Assembly (NCBI GenBank): GCA_963754655.1
Contig: CAVWGN010000001.1
Coordinates: forward strand, 2,048,001-2,112,000
Direction: 5' to 3'
Source of the DNA: an uncultured Chlamydiae bacterium
Lineage (GTDB): Bacteria > Chlamydiota > Chlamydiia > Chlamydiales > Parachlamydiaceae
Length of the DNA stretch: 64,000 nucleotides
This document shows, piece by piece, positions 40,747 to 50,796 of the stretch. Under the pieces are notes generated by a model, which had not been told where the DNA came from, made no database searches, and was given only the letters and a program-made list of their open reading frames with translations. A program made the position numbers and the translations under genes. The stretch's first letter is position 1; each line of letters opens with the position of its first letter.

Positions 40747-41823
40747 TCATGCCCCTTCGCTTCCCTTTAACTTTTCTTGGTGATAATAAGCAACAAGAGC
40801 GGACGTGATATCATCTAAATCGCCTTCCATAATTTGATCCAAATTGTATTTGGTCAAATTAATACGATGATCAGTTAAGCGATTTTGCGGAAAATTATAA
40901 GTTCGGATGCGCTCTGAACGATCACCCGATCCTACCTGTAAGGCTCGCGTCGCAGCCAGTTCTTGATGCTGTTTTTGCTCCTCAATTTCTGCCATTTTCG
41001 CCTTCAACAAGCGCATCGCTTTGTCTTTATTCTTGTGCTGACTACGCTCCTCTTGGCAATAAACCACAATTCCAGATGGAAGATGCGTAATGCGGACTGC
41101 ACTATCAGTGGTATTCACATGCTGTCCACCTGCTCCCGATGAACGATAAGTGTCAATACGCAAGTCTTTATCATCCAACCGAATATCTTCATTTTCATCC
41201 GGCTCGGGCAACACGGCCACGGTAATGGCAGAAGTATGAACGCGCCCTTGCGCTTCTGTTTGGGGAATGCGCTGCACACGATGTGTTCCTGCTTCATATT
41301 GCAAGAAACGGTGCACATTGGGACCCGATAAAACCATCACATATTCTTTATAGCCGCCGATCTCTGAAGAAGTACAAGACAACAATTCATAGCGCCAGCC
41401 TTTGCGATCGGCGTAGAGCTTATACATGCGCACGCAGTCGCCCACAAACAAGGCAGCCTCATCTCCCCCCGTGCCCGCCCGCAATTCAATAATTGTGGCG
41501 CGATGGTCATGAGGATTGGGAGGAACAAGCAAATTTTCAACGATCAATTGTAAATCTTGAACGCGCTTCTCTAATTGAATCACATCATCGCGCAAAATTT
41601 CAGCAAATTCAGGATCTTTTTCAGCCTTTAACAGTTCTTGATTATCGGTAATCTGTCTCTCCAACTTTCTTTTTTCTTCCCAAGTTGACTTCAACTCTGT
41701 TAAATAAGAATGTTCTTGAGATAAAGCACGGTACTTTTTTTGATCTTCATAGACATGAGGCTGTCCTAAGACTTCTTCTACTTCTGCTAAACGCTCCAAT
41801 AATTGCTGGACTTTTTTTTCCAT
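40747..41823 (-). CDS. prfA: Peptide chain release factor 1
   Basis: [10 protein letters not shown] (PxT), [19 protein letters not shown]. Confidence 0.97.
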   Translation of the reverse strand: MEKKVQQLLERLAEVEEVLGQPHVYEDQKKYRALSQEHSYLTELKSTWEEKRKLERQITDNQELLKAEKDPEFAEILRDDVIQLEKRVQDLQLIVENLLVPPNPHDHRATIIELRAGTGGDEAALFVGDCVRMYKLYADRKGWRYELLSCTSSEIGGYKEYVMVLSGPNVHRFLQYEAGTHRVQRIPQTEAQGRVHTSAITVAVLPEPDENEDIRLDDKDLRIDTYRSSGAGGQHVNTTDSAVRITHLPSGIVVYCQEERSQHKNKDKAMRLLKAKMAEIEEQKQHQELAATRALQVGSGDRSERIRTYNFPQNRLTDHRINLTKYNLDQIMEGDLDDITSALVAYYHQEKLKGSEGA

Positions 41824-41947
41824 GGATTGACTTAATTCTCAATTGTATTAGATAGATACTCCATGGTCAAGTTAACCGAATTTTGGACTGCTAAAAGACG
41901 ATTAACTTGATCACGAAGTGTATAAAGATGGAATTTTTCAGCAACTT

Positions 41948-42364
41948 TTAAGCACGCTTTTTAGCAGTTGTTGCACCTTTTTTTTCGGGTGCTTTTTTTT
42001 CAGGTACCTTTTTTTCAGGCACTTTTTTTTCAGGGACCTTTTTTTCGGGTGCCTTTTTTTCTGCTAGCTGTGGTTGTTGTTGTTCCTTCTCTCCTTGAGA
42101 AGGTTCCTCTTTAGCAACTTCTTGCTTGCGTCCAAAACGCTTCTTAAATTTCTCCACTCTTCCTTCAGCGTCTACAAGCTGTTTACTGCCTGTAAAGAAA
42201 GGATGGGAAGAAGAAGAAATAGATAAATAGCTTACAGGGTAATCAACCCCTTCAAATGTTTCTCTGGCTTCAGGTTGCAAAGTAGATCCACAGATAAAGC
42301 GATGCCCAGAAGCAGAGTCAACAAATAGAACTTTTTGATAACTTGGATGAATATCTTTTTTCAT
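41948..42364 (-). CDS. rpmE2: 50S ribosomal protein L31 type B with repetitive C-terminal tail
   Basis: [27 protein letters not shown]; start set to ATG 42364. Confidence 0.93.
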   Translation of the reverse strand: MKKDIHPSYQKVLFVDSASGHRFICGSTLQPEARETFEGVDYPVSYLSISSSSHPFFTGSKQLVDAEGRVEKFKKRFGRKQEVAKEEPSQGEKEQQQPQLAEKKAPEKKVPEKKVPEKKVPEKKAPEKKGATTAKKRA

Positions 42365-42646
42365 ATAAAGGCTCCTCACAAAGAAAAGTTAAATCATTCT
42401 GGTCCTAAGAAAGACTGAAATAAGTTTAAGTCAATCATCAAAGGACCCTCTTAAATAAAAGAGGGAAACAGAAATCCTCTAGGTTAAGGATTTATCTAAA
42501 AAAAAACAACAAGTTTTTTCAAGAATTTCTTTCTTTACACATTCTTTATAATTAGACCGAACTTTATGTTTTCTTTTAAATAAAAATCGCATATAATAAT
42601 ACATAGTATAAAGAATAATTAAATTATATTTTAAAAACTAATTAAT

Positions 42647-44047
42647 ATGAATATATCAAAATCTGACCCTTTACAACCTTATTCTCCACCTGTTTTGTAT
42701 TTGACACAAAAAATTAGCTTGTGGATAGGGCATGTGTGGTCTATTTGTATTTTGCCTTATAAATGGATCAAGCATGTAGTCCAGACAGCTTTAGCATGTT
42801 TTTCAAAAATGCCAGAACAAGCTCCGCCTTTTACTCCACCTGCAACCCACAATTCTAAAATTCCACTAGATACTCCTATTGCTTCCGCCACACAATCTCC
42901 AAAAAAATTTACAAAGCAACAGTTACAGGAAAAGATGACGGAAAATAGAATGAACGCAACAGTCGATCAAGAGGAGCCAGTTCCGGATTTACACGACTTA
43001 TTTTATGGTGATCAAGAAGAAGTTTCAAAAACACCTTTACCTGCAAGTACTCAAAAGTCTGATTTAAAGCTCGAACCCACGAATCCAACAATTTCTTCTC
43101 CTGTCTCGCTACTGAATTCCCAGGCTGCGCCTATTCTTCAAGGAGAGACTCCTCATGATCAACCTGTGGATGCAAAAGTGAAAAATTTACAACTTGCAAA
43201 TGTAAAAGTGACAGAAGAGCCCTCTCTTAAATTTACGAGATCTAGGCGACAGGTTAAAAAACCAGTTCATTTAACACAGCCTGCCTTGCAACCAACTCCT
43301 ATCTCCGTTCATTCCACACTGCCTGCATTGAAGCCTGCTTCTCAGTCAATAGATTCTCAACTCAAGCCCTCTCAGTTGCAGCAAACAGCCCATAAGGCAG
43401 TTGAAGAAACGAAACCAAAATATATTGATGCTGGAGGAGGAGGAAATTGTCAGCTGCTTTCTATTTTGAAAGGCTTAGAGAAGCAATATCCTGAAATACT
43501 CAAACAATATAAAGACCTTCATAAGCAAACGTTAGATGCACAGGTCTTACGCAAAATGGGAGTCGTTTTTATTCGTGAGCAACTTGAAAAACGTGGGCCA
43601 TATGTTGAAGACCTAATAGGGTATTTGGATACTGATCGCAAAGAATATAATCAAGCTATGATTGAGCCAGTAGAACGAAGCCTGAATGAGGAAAAAAATA
43701 AAATAGAAGCAAAGTTTCAAAATAAAACAATTAGCCAAGCCATTTATATCAAAACCAAACAAGCTCATCGCGAAAAATTTATGACAAAAATCACACAATT
43801 GAAAAAAAAATACGTTCGGACTAACAATGATTTTCTTAATCTATTAGAAAAAAATGGTTTTCAATGCTCGACATTGCACTTATTTGCTTTAAGTATTAAA
43901 TTGGAATTACCTATTCACGTGCATGACCAATATGGCGTAGAAAATCACGACATTCAATATTTTAATCCAACAAATTCTACAAAAGACCCCATTCACTTAT
44001 ATCGCAAAGCAAACATGCATTATCAATATATGGAGTTTTCTAAATAG
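42647..44047 (+). CDS. Putative OTU-family deubiquitinase effector 1
   Basis: Long Pro/Ser/Gln-rich N-terminus; IDAGGGGNCQLLSI Cys box and C-terminal IHLY...MHYQY His box. Confidence 0.6.
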   Translation: MNISKSDPLQPYSPPVLYLTQKISLWIGHVWSICILPYKWIKHVVQTALACFSKMPEQAPPFTPPATHNSKIPLDTPIASATQSPKKFTKQQLQEKMTENRMNATVDQEEPVPDLHDLFYGDQEEVSKTPLPASTQKSDLKLEPTNPTISSPVSLLNSQAAPILQGETPHDQPVDAKVKNLQLANVKVTEEPSLKFTRSRRQVKKPVHLTQPALQPTPISVHSTLPALKPASQSIDSQLKPSQLQQTAHKAVEETKPKYIDAGGGGNCQLLSILKGLEKQYPEILKQYKDLHKQTLDAQVLRKMGVVFIREQLEKRGPYVEDLIGYLDTDRKEYNQAMIEPVERSLNEEKNKIEAKFQNKTISQAIYIKTKQAHREKFMTKITQLKKKYVRTNNDFLNLLEKNGFQCSTLHLFALSIKLELPIHVHDQYGVENHDIQYFNPTNSTKDPIHLYRKANMHYQYMEFSK

Positions 44048-44076
44048 TTAATAAGCAATAAATTAAAGGGATTATT

Positions 44077-45249
44077 ATGACCCATCCTTCTTTAGGTATT
44101 GGCTCTCCACAACAGGTGCCATCGCCAGATCCCACCCCTTCTAGATGGCAGAGCATAAGTGAAACATTAGGCCATGTTTTTAAAAAGATGACTTCGTTTC
44201 CGACTTTTCTCGTGCATTTAGTGGCTAGAATCAGAACCGTGGTAACAGAGTGGTTATTTCAAACACCTCCTTCTAATGCGCAACCTAAGCAAAATCCTCC
44301 TCAACTGTCGCAACTTCCCTCTTCTTCTGCAGCAAAAGAAGTGTTCATTCAAACTCTAGGAAACAAAGAAGAGGTCTTTGAAGAGGATGTTGAACAAGAT
44401 CTTGAACCCCAGCTTGTCCATTCACAGCCGAGCTCGCTTACTCCAACTCCTCAATCTTCTCCTCAACCAACGAAAGTCTCACCTGTGCAACCAGAAATTA
44501 ACGCAGCGAGGATCGAAACGTCTAATGCCACTACTCAGCCAGCTCCTCATGCCATCGACGTTCCGGATGATGGCAATTGTTTACTCTATGCGATTGGCGT
44601 CGGATTGCGTACAAAATATGCTGACTATCCTGAATATCAGAATAAACTCAATTGGAATATCTCCACAGAACAACTAGAAGAAGTATTTACGACCTCTAAG
44701 TTGACAGAGGAGGGAGATCCAAGTAGTAAATTAGAGCGAGAACAAGCGAAAAAGCATCTTGTTAAGTTATTAGAGGTGCCAGGAAAGCAGTTGCGACAGC
44801 AGGCTGCTGACTATCTCAAACAGCATTTAACAGATGATGATGTCTTGCTCGCTTTATTTGATGGTGTTAGAAGCCATATTGACATAACAAAGAAAAAATT
44901 AGATGAAGAAAGATCAATGACTTTGCTTTTAGAAGAGCAAGAGGATTTTGACAACTTAGCCTTAGCGATGCAGTCGATTGAACAGCAAGAGGCCAACATG
45001 CTTCAAGAAGACGATTTAGAAAGTTATATCAAGATGACCGAAAATGATCATGTCTATTGTGGCATTCCCCAACTTTTTGCGTTATGCAAATTCTATGATA
45101 TTCCCATCCGCGTGCTTTATAAGTATGGCAAAGCTGATCAATATGCTGAAACATATAACGAACAGGTCAATGAAGGCAGAGAATCTCGATTGCCCACTCT
45201 CACTGTTGCTCATGTAAACGACAATCACTTTAAGTTTATCAAGGACTAA
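44077..45249 (+). CDS. Putative OTU-family deubiquitinase effector 2
   Basis: IDVPDDGNCLLYAI Cys box, LRQQAADYL helix, YCGIPQLFAL, VNDNHF His box. Confidence 0.78.
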   Translation: MTHPSLGIGSPQQVPSPDPTPSRWQSISETLGHVFKKMTSFPTFLVHLVARIRTVVTEWLFQTPPSNAQPKQNPPQLSQLPSSSAAKEVFIQTLGNKEEVFEEDVEQDLEPQLVHSQPSSLTPTPQSSPQPTKVSPVQPEINAARIETSNATTQPAPHAIDVPDDGNCLLYAIGVGLRTKYADYPEYQNKLNWNISTEQLEEVFTTSKLTEEGDPSSKLEREQAKKHLVKLLEVPGKQLRQQAADYLKQHLTDDDVLLALFDGVRSHIDITKKKLDEERSMTLLLEEQEDFDNLALAMQSIEQQEANMLQEDDLESYIKMTENDHVYCGIPQLFALCKFYDIPIRVLYKYGKADQYAETYNEQVNEGRESRLPTLTVAHVNDNHFKFIKD

Positions 45250-45285
45250 CAATTTTCTGACTTATTACGATAAAGCTATAAAGTC

Positions 45286-45534
45286 TCAACATTGATCTTT
45301 TTTTAAGGCCCATAACGCCATTTGCACTGTTTGAATCCCTGCAAGAATGCCCTCTTCATATCGAAAATGAGGATTGAATTCTAGCTCCTGATAATCATTT
45401 GGCTGCAGCAAATCTTCTGGAGTTAAGTGAGGAATGATGCGCCGCCCGCATTTAAGCAATTGCGTTTGATAAAATTGGACCAACTTGTTCAGAAGTTGAT
45501 CAATCTCTTCCCACGAAGGATTCGTCTGAGTCAT
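45286..45534 (-). CDS. Small conserved chlamydial hypothetical protein
   Basis: 82 aa, DLLQPNDY...FRYEEG; overlaps tadA 3' end. Confidence 0.75.
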   Translation of the reverse strand: MTQTNPSWEEIDQLLNKLVQFYQTQLLKCGRRIIPHLTPEDLLQPNDYQELEFNPHFRYEEGILAGIQTVQMALWALKKDQC

Positions 45535-46039
45535 CGCCTTCTTGCCTTTTCCCTTTTTTTTGTCGTTGAATTTGAAAAAAATCCTTAAGAATTTGTGTAC
45601 AGTATTCTTGTAAAATTCCTTTTCTTACTTGGATGGTATGAGTAGGATGAACGAGTTGAAAAAGATCAACCCAACTTCCATTAGCTCCATGGCGTAAATC
45701 AGGAGCTCCCCACACAAGAAAAGGAACGCGGGTCAACAACAAGGCACCCGCACACATACTACAAGGTTCAATCGTACAATAAAGGGTCGTGTTGGTTAAT
45801 CTCCAATTATCAAGAGCTGACTCCCCTGCCGTCATGCAAAGCATTTCAGCATGGGCAGTCGCATCCTTTAACATTTCCACTTGGTTATGCCCTCTTGCAA
45901 TCACACGCTTATCTTTTACTAAGACTGCGCCAACCGGAACTTCATCTGCTTTAAATGCTTTCCAAGCCTCTTTTAAAGCTTCAAGCATAAATTGCTCATC
46001 CTCACTTTGAGGGGTAATTCTAAAGGGAAAAGACATCAA
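45500..46039 (-). CDS. tadA: tRNA adenosine(34) deaminase
   Basis: EVPVGAV, HAE, EPCSMCAGA. Confidence 0.92.
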   Translation of the reverse strand: MMSFPFRITPQSEDEQFMLEALKEAWKAFKADEVPVGAVLVKDKRVIARGHNQVEMLKDATAHAEMLCMTAGESALDNWRLTNTTLYCTIEPCSMCAGALLLTRVPFLVWGAPDLRHGANGSWVDLFQLVHPTHTIQVRKGILQEYCTQILKDFFQIQRQKKGKRQEGDDSDESFVGRD

Positions 46040-46719
46040 GCGTTTTTCCCTTGCATTTTGCGTTGCAATTGCGCCACTTGTTTTTTTAGATTTTCTACAT
46101 CATGAACATATTTTTTTTGCAATCCAGCCAATCTTTTCTCGTATTTGTCTGTCAAACGAACCATTTCCAACTCAAAATTTTTACGCATTTGATCCACTGT
46201 TAATTGTTCTGTTACCGTGCGTGATTCTTCTTCTTCCCTTTCCTGATGCTGCTGTGCTTGTGTTTTAAGATTGTGAAAGCTTTCTTTTGGAAAAACAACA
46301 GAATTGAGAACCGAAAAGAGATAAGTCTGAGGAGCCCCGAATTGGCGAATAGAGGCATCGATTAAAGCTTGCGCTTGTGCAGGCTGAATTTCCTCTAAAT
46401 TTGTAAAGTCAGGATCAATTTGACTCAATTGTGTTTCGAAAAATTCATAAAGTTCGCTGTTTTGGAGCAGCCAGCGCGTAGTAATAAATTCAGCAAGCTC
46501 TTCCCCTTGTTCTTCTTGTTGAATGGCTTTTCGATAAGCTTCAGCAAGCTCTTCTGTCGCAATTTTATGAATATTTTTGGAGGAAAGAAATTTTTTTACA
46601 AAATAAATATCTTTTTTAAGATGTTCATTGCGCAAATCTTTTTTTACTGAGTCAACAAGAAAGGGAATCCATTCCTGCAAATCAGCAAATTTCTCTTTAT
46701 AAGTGGCGTTTTTATACAT
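46036..46719 (-). CDS. Hypothetical protein with C-terminal coiled coil
   Basis: 227 aa, translationally coupled to tadA. Confidence 0.75.
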   Translation of the reverse strand: MYKNATYKEKFADLQEWIPFLVDSVKKDLRNEHLKKDIYFVKKFLSSKNIHKIATEELAEAYRKAIQQEEQGEELAEFITTRWLLQNSELYEFFETQLSQIDPDFTNLEEIQPAQAQALIDASIRQFGAPQTYLFSVLNSVVFPKESFHNLKTQAQQHQEREEEESRTVTEQLTVDQMRKNFELEMVRLTDKYEKRLAGLQKKYVHDVENLKKQVAQLQRKMQGKNA

Positions 46720-46860
46720 GCTTAATCCTCATTAAGGTTGAATGGAAAGAAGAAAATTAGCAGGTTTGCCAAGAAAAATCAAGAAAGACAAATTTCTTGT
46801 CAAACAAAAGAATTTGATTAAAAATTATTGTATTTCAAAGCGCGATCAATTTAGGCTTCA

Positions 46861-47121
46861 ATGGCACAACATTCAGAAGATGAACATCCATTTTATGGAA
46901 TTGACATTATTCGTCGTCGAGAACAGGACTATATTCAACACTTATTGAAAAAATACCGCTACGAACCTGTCAATGAGGATTTAAAGGCTAAGATCTGGGA
47001 GGAGCTTCAAATGGAAAAATATAAGGGGCATATCACCATCCCTTTTAAAGTCGTCATGCGCCGCGATGCTCTAAAAAAATATCCTCCTTACATTGAAGTG
47101 ATTCTAGATACAAAAGTTTAA
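46861..47121 (+). CDS. Small hypothetical protein
   Basis: 86 aa ORF, divergent from the tadA operon. Confidence 0.6.
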   Translation: MAQHSEDEHPFYGIDIIRRREQDYIQHLLKKYRYEPVNEDLKAKIWEELQMEKYKGHITIPFKVVMRRDALKKYPPYIEVILDTKV

Positions 47122-47279
47122 AACGCTTTTAACCTCTCTTAAAGAATTTTGTGCTGAGAATTTTATTCTTGATTTTAATCTTTTTTTATTACAAAATAAT
47201 TAAAATTTAAGTTAGCTAAACAAATTTTTTAAATTTTTATAGTATTAAATTTTTTATTAAATTTTAAATAGGTTTATTT

Positions 47280-47903
47280 ATGCAAATAATCAATCAAGAA
47301 ATTCCTTGTAGTAATATCGCTAATCTTAATCAAGATGCCTTGCATCTCATATTTAATCAGTTAGATTCTAAAGACTTCTGCAGGTTAACACAAGTCTCTC
47401 AATATTTTAAATCGATAATGAATACGATTTGGGGAAAGGAACAATATAATACAGTAAACAACCGTCAATTATTGGCGAAGGCTTATGTAAAACAATGTGT
47501 TCAAGTTCAAGAAACATCACTTATGATACAAAATACGATAAAGCATAGTTTTTTAGTGAACCTAAAAGCACAACGCTTAGATTTGAATGACGTAGATGAA
47601 CGCTTGCGTAATGGATTAGATCAAGTAATAAAAACAGCGGTAGATAATAAAATCACCTCAATCATATCTAAAATGAAAGTCTTGATGAATCAAAGAGTCG
47701 TAACGCTCTTTTCTTTGACAGAAATTAAGAGATTAATAGAAGTGTATCAAGATCCGGTAATGGTATCATTATTCAAAAAAATACCTCAAATGACACAATT
47801 ACAAGGAACCGAGGAGTTAGACGAAGAACTAGGTGAAGAATTAGCACATCAGATCACCTTACTCTTAAATCCAGAAAGGGATGCAGCAGCACCTAACCAA
47901 TAG
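47280..47903 (+). CDS. F-box-like domain protein
   Basis: NLNQDALHLIFNQLDSKDFCRLTQVSQYF matches the F-box pattern; very AT-rich upstream region. Confidence 0.7.
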   Translation: MQIINQEIPCSNIANLNQDALHLIFNQLDSKDFCRLTQVSQYFKSIMNTIWGKEQYNTVNNRQLLAKAYVKQCVQVQETSLMIQNTIKHSFLVNLKAQRLDLNDVDERLRNGLDQVIKTAVDNKITSIISKMKVLMNQRVVTLFSLTEIKRLIEVYQDPVMVSLFKKIPQMTQLQGTEELDEELGEELAHQITLLLNPERDAAAPNQ

Positions 47904-47962
47904 CATGAATAATCTTAACACGAATGCATGGGGCATGTTTGCAAAATGCTAACCTCCTATTC

Positions 47963-48657
47963 CTGTAGTCTGAAGGACTACAAGATTCTAAAAAACATGA
48001 AATTGCGTTCGATGAAAATATGTTTGGAATAGATGATTCTCTTGTAGTCCTTCAGACTACATGACAAGGGCTAATCTAACCCAAGGCTAGGGTGTTCATT
48101 TTGTGCAAAAAATGAGCTTTATTTTTCACAATAATTGGCATAGTTAAATTGAAGGTCAGATGTTTATGCCGTCCTTTCAGGACTCGATGTCTTTGATAGA
48201 AACCCAGGCCTCCGCTTCGCTGCGACCTGGGCTGTAACATGACGGCCCTTCAGGCCTTAACAAGATGTTTAAGTCCCTCTTCTATAGTCCCTAAATCATC
48301 TTTTTGTTAAGGCCTGAAGGGCCGTCATGTTACAGCCCAGGTCGCAGCGAAGCGGAGGCCTGGGTTTCTATCAAAGACATCGAGTCCTGAAAGGACGGCA
48401 TAAACATCTGACCTTCAATTTAACTATGCCAATTATTGTGAAAAATAAAGCTCATTTTTTGCACAAAATGAACACCCTAACCCAGGGCGATGCCATGGGC
48501 TATTTTATTTGAAGCCTTTCAGGCGCTGAACATTGGATATTTTTGTTAACCACCCCTAAAAGGATTGTGGAGCATGTACTATTTAATAGGAACAGCCCTA
48601 CAATCGTTATAGAAGGAGGCCTTCCAAAAATGTCCAATGTTCAGAGCCTTTCAGACT
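47963..48657. mobile_element. Family B REP doublet carrying core A copy 4 (48088-48479) and a 127 bp MITE (48522-48648)
   Basis: Core A is flanked by direct repeats ACCCAAGGC/ACCCAGGGC. The MITE has TIR GGC(G/T)CTGAACATTGGA and is flanked by TTTCA duplications. Confidence 0.85.
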
Positions 48658-48884
48658 ATTAAAAAAATCAAGTTATTTGGGAATGGTTCAAAAAGAGTAA
48701 ATTTTGGGTAACATGTTTATACCCAAAGCAAGGCTAAAGAGACAGTAATTCTTATATTTTTTTTAAATAAAAATTGTTAACAAAAATTAAATTAAATAAA
48801 TATTTTTATAAACTAAATTATATGTTATAATTTTAATTAATAAAAATTGTTAACAATAATTAAAACAAATGATTAAATTAAAGG

Positions 48885-49841
48885 ATGATTATGCAAATTA
48901 CTAACTTTCATTCACAAACAAGTCAAAGCACTTCAGAGGAATTCGAATTATTTTCAAATATAATACCTAATGATACATTGGAAATTATTTTTGATCAGAT
49001 TGTCAATCAACAAAGACAGCCTTTACGCGATATTTCTTCTATTTTACTTACCTGTAAAAAATGGGAAGAGGTTCTTAAAGCAAAGCCTTGCATCTCATTA
49101 TTGCAGACTTTTTTTAAAATGACACACAGTGATCGATTCACTATTACTCTTCCCCGGGAGTGTATTGTAATAGATGATCAAAAGAGGAATTTTACATCTA
49201 AAGAGCTTAATTTGATTGATGGAGCCGCCTATCAAGAAAGAACATTTGAAAAATTGTTGATGATGGATTCAGAATTATTTCAATCAAAGAGTTTATTTCT
49301 TTCTCTTTTGCATCGCTATCCATGGAACCCTGAAGTTTGCAAATACAGCGCCAATCAACACATCCAGATGATTGCTGAAAATCAATTGTCTATTTTAAAT
49401 TCTCTTATATCAGGAAGTGATGAAGAAAAATTAACCGTTATTAAAAATGACTTTTTCGAAAAATATTATTTTGGCGTGCAACATCAAAAATTAAAGAATG
49501 TACAAGGACCTATCATCTCTACTCTTAAAAAATTTCTCAACCTTAACGATAAAAAAATTTTTATTCAATTTGCTCACCGTTTTGGACCTACTGTTTTTGA
49601 TATAGATGAAAGCTTTAAAAAAGATCGAGAAATTGTCTTAGCTGCCGTTAAGCAAAATGGCTGGGCTCTTATGTATGTAGATGAAAGCTTTAAAAAAGAT
49701 CGAGAGATTGTCTTGGCTGCCGTTAAGCAAAACGGCTTTGCTATTATCTTTGCAGATGAAACCCTTAAAGCAGATAAAACCATTCAAGAGATTGTCTCGG
49801 CCTTCAGGGCAATACCGTGCCCCCTTCAGGGCAATAGCTAA
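48885..49841 (+). CDS. F-box-like plus DUF4116-type repeat protein
   Basis: IPNDTLEIIFDQI...LLTCKKW F-box-like motif; tandem 25-aa repeats DESFKKDREIVLAAVKQNG. Confidence 0.72.
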   Translation: MIMQITNFHSQTSQSTSEEFELFSNIIPNDTLEIIFDQIVNQQRQPLRDISSILLTCKKWEEVLKAKPCISLLQTFFKMTHSDRFTITLPRECIVIDDQKRNFTSKELNLIDGAAYQERTFEKLLMMDSELFQSKSLFLSLLHRYPWNPEVCKYSANQHIQMIAENQLSILNSLISGSDEEKLTVIKNDFFEKYYFGVQHQKLKNVQGPIISTLKKFLNLNDKKIFIQFAHRFGPTVFDIDESFKKDREIVLAAVKQNGWALMYVDESFKKDREIVLAAVKQNGFAIIFADETLKADKTIQEIVSAFRAIPCPLQGNS

Positions 49842-50062
49842 GCTTATGATTTTTTACTCCTTTCGGTCTACTGGACTGAAAGGAGAATAGCTCTAAAATC
49901 AACTTCCTAAATTTCTACTGAGTCTTGATTTTTAGCGTTTCTCTTCATGAAGCCTGATTTCTTATCAATCCCTCTCTCTTTGTATGTCGTTTTTTCTTTA
50001 AATTTTTTTATTATTCCAGGATTTAAATAATTAACGGAAATTGCGCTGAAGAGAACTTTTCC

Positions 50063-50091
50063 TTGTAATTAAAAGCGATTTTCAGTATGAT
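50063..50091 (+). promoter_or_regulatory. Sigma66-type promoter for rpsO
   Basis: TTGTAA-N17-TATGAT about 75 bp upstream of the ATG. Confidence 0.55.
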
Positions 50092-50166
50092 TATACCAGT
50101 CATTTATATTAATCAAGTTCCAACACCTAGCCACTCTTTCGGCTTATAACTTATGGGAGATTTCTG

Positions 50167-50436
50167 ATGTCTCTAGACAAAGGTACCAAAGAAGAAATTA
50201 CAAAAAAGTTTCAGCTTCATGAGAAAGATACCGGTTCAGCCGACGTTCAAATTGCCATTTTAACAGAGCGCATTACCGAGCTTACAGATCATTTGAAACG
50301 AGCACCTAAAGATCACGGTTCTCGCTTAGCTCTGCTCAAATTGGTTGGCCAACGCCGTCGTTTGCTCGATTATCTTAATTCAACAGATACTAAGCGTTAT
50401 CAAACGCTGATCAATAAACTAAAGCTCAGACGTTGA
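50167..50436 (+). CDS. rpsO: 30S ribosomal protein S15
   Basis: [25 protein letters not shown]. Confidence 0.97.
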   Translation: MSLDKGTKEEITKKFQLHEKDTGSADVQIAILTERITELTDHLKRAPKDHGSRLALLKLVGQRRRLLDYLNSTDTKRYQTLINKLKLRR

Positions 50437-50455
50437 TTCGACTTTAAAACAAACA

Positions 50456-50487
50456 AGAAAAGGGCAGCTAAGCTGCCCTTTTCTCTT
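50456..50487 (+). terminator. Intrinsic terminator after rpsO
   Basis: AGAAAAGGGCAGC-TAA-GCTGCCCTTTTCT. Confidence 0.75.
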
Positions 50488-50796
50488 AGACCAGAAGAAA
50501 TGATTCCAGACATGAAAGGATATAGAACTCAGAAAACTCCCTTTAAAAAAATTGAAGCGTGTTTTCTGATTTCTATTCGCCCCTTTCAAATTGGATAACT
50601 TTTCTCTTTTTTCCTTCAAAGTCAATGCATGGTCAGTCGCAGAGAAGGAAAAGAAAAGGCATAGCCTTATGCTATCTAAAGATTCTTCCACTCGCTTGCT
50701 TATAATCATTTAAAATTTAGGCATTCTTAAGCTAACAGCAGGGATCGAAGATAGAAATTATCAAGTCATATTTTTACTTTATGGAGAAATGAATTC

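Noticed and set aside
50419..50790. ORF or sRNA in the rpsO-pnp spacer
   Set aside because: The 96 aa minus-strand ORF has no recognisable motif and overlaps the terminator; no recognisable RNA family seen.
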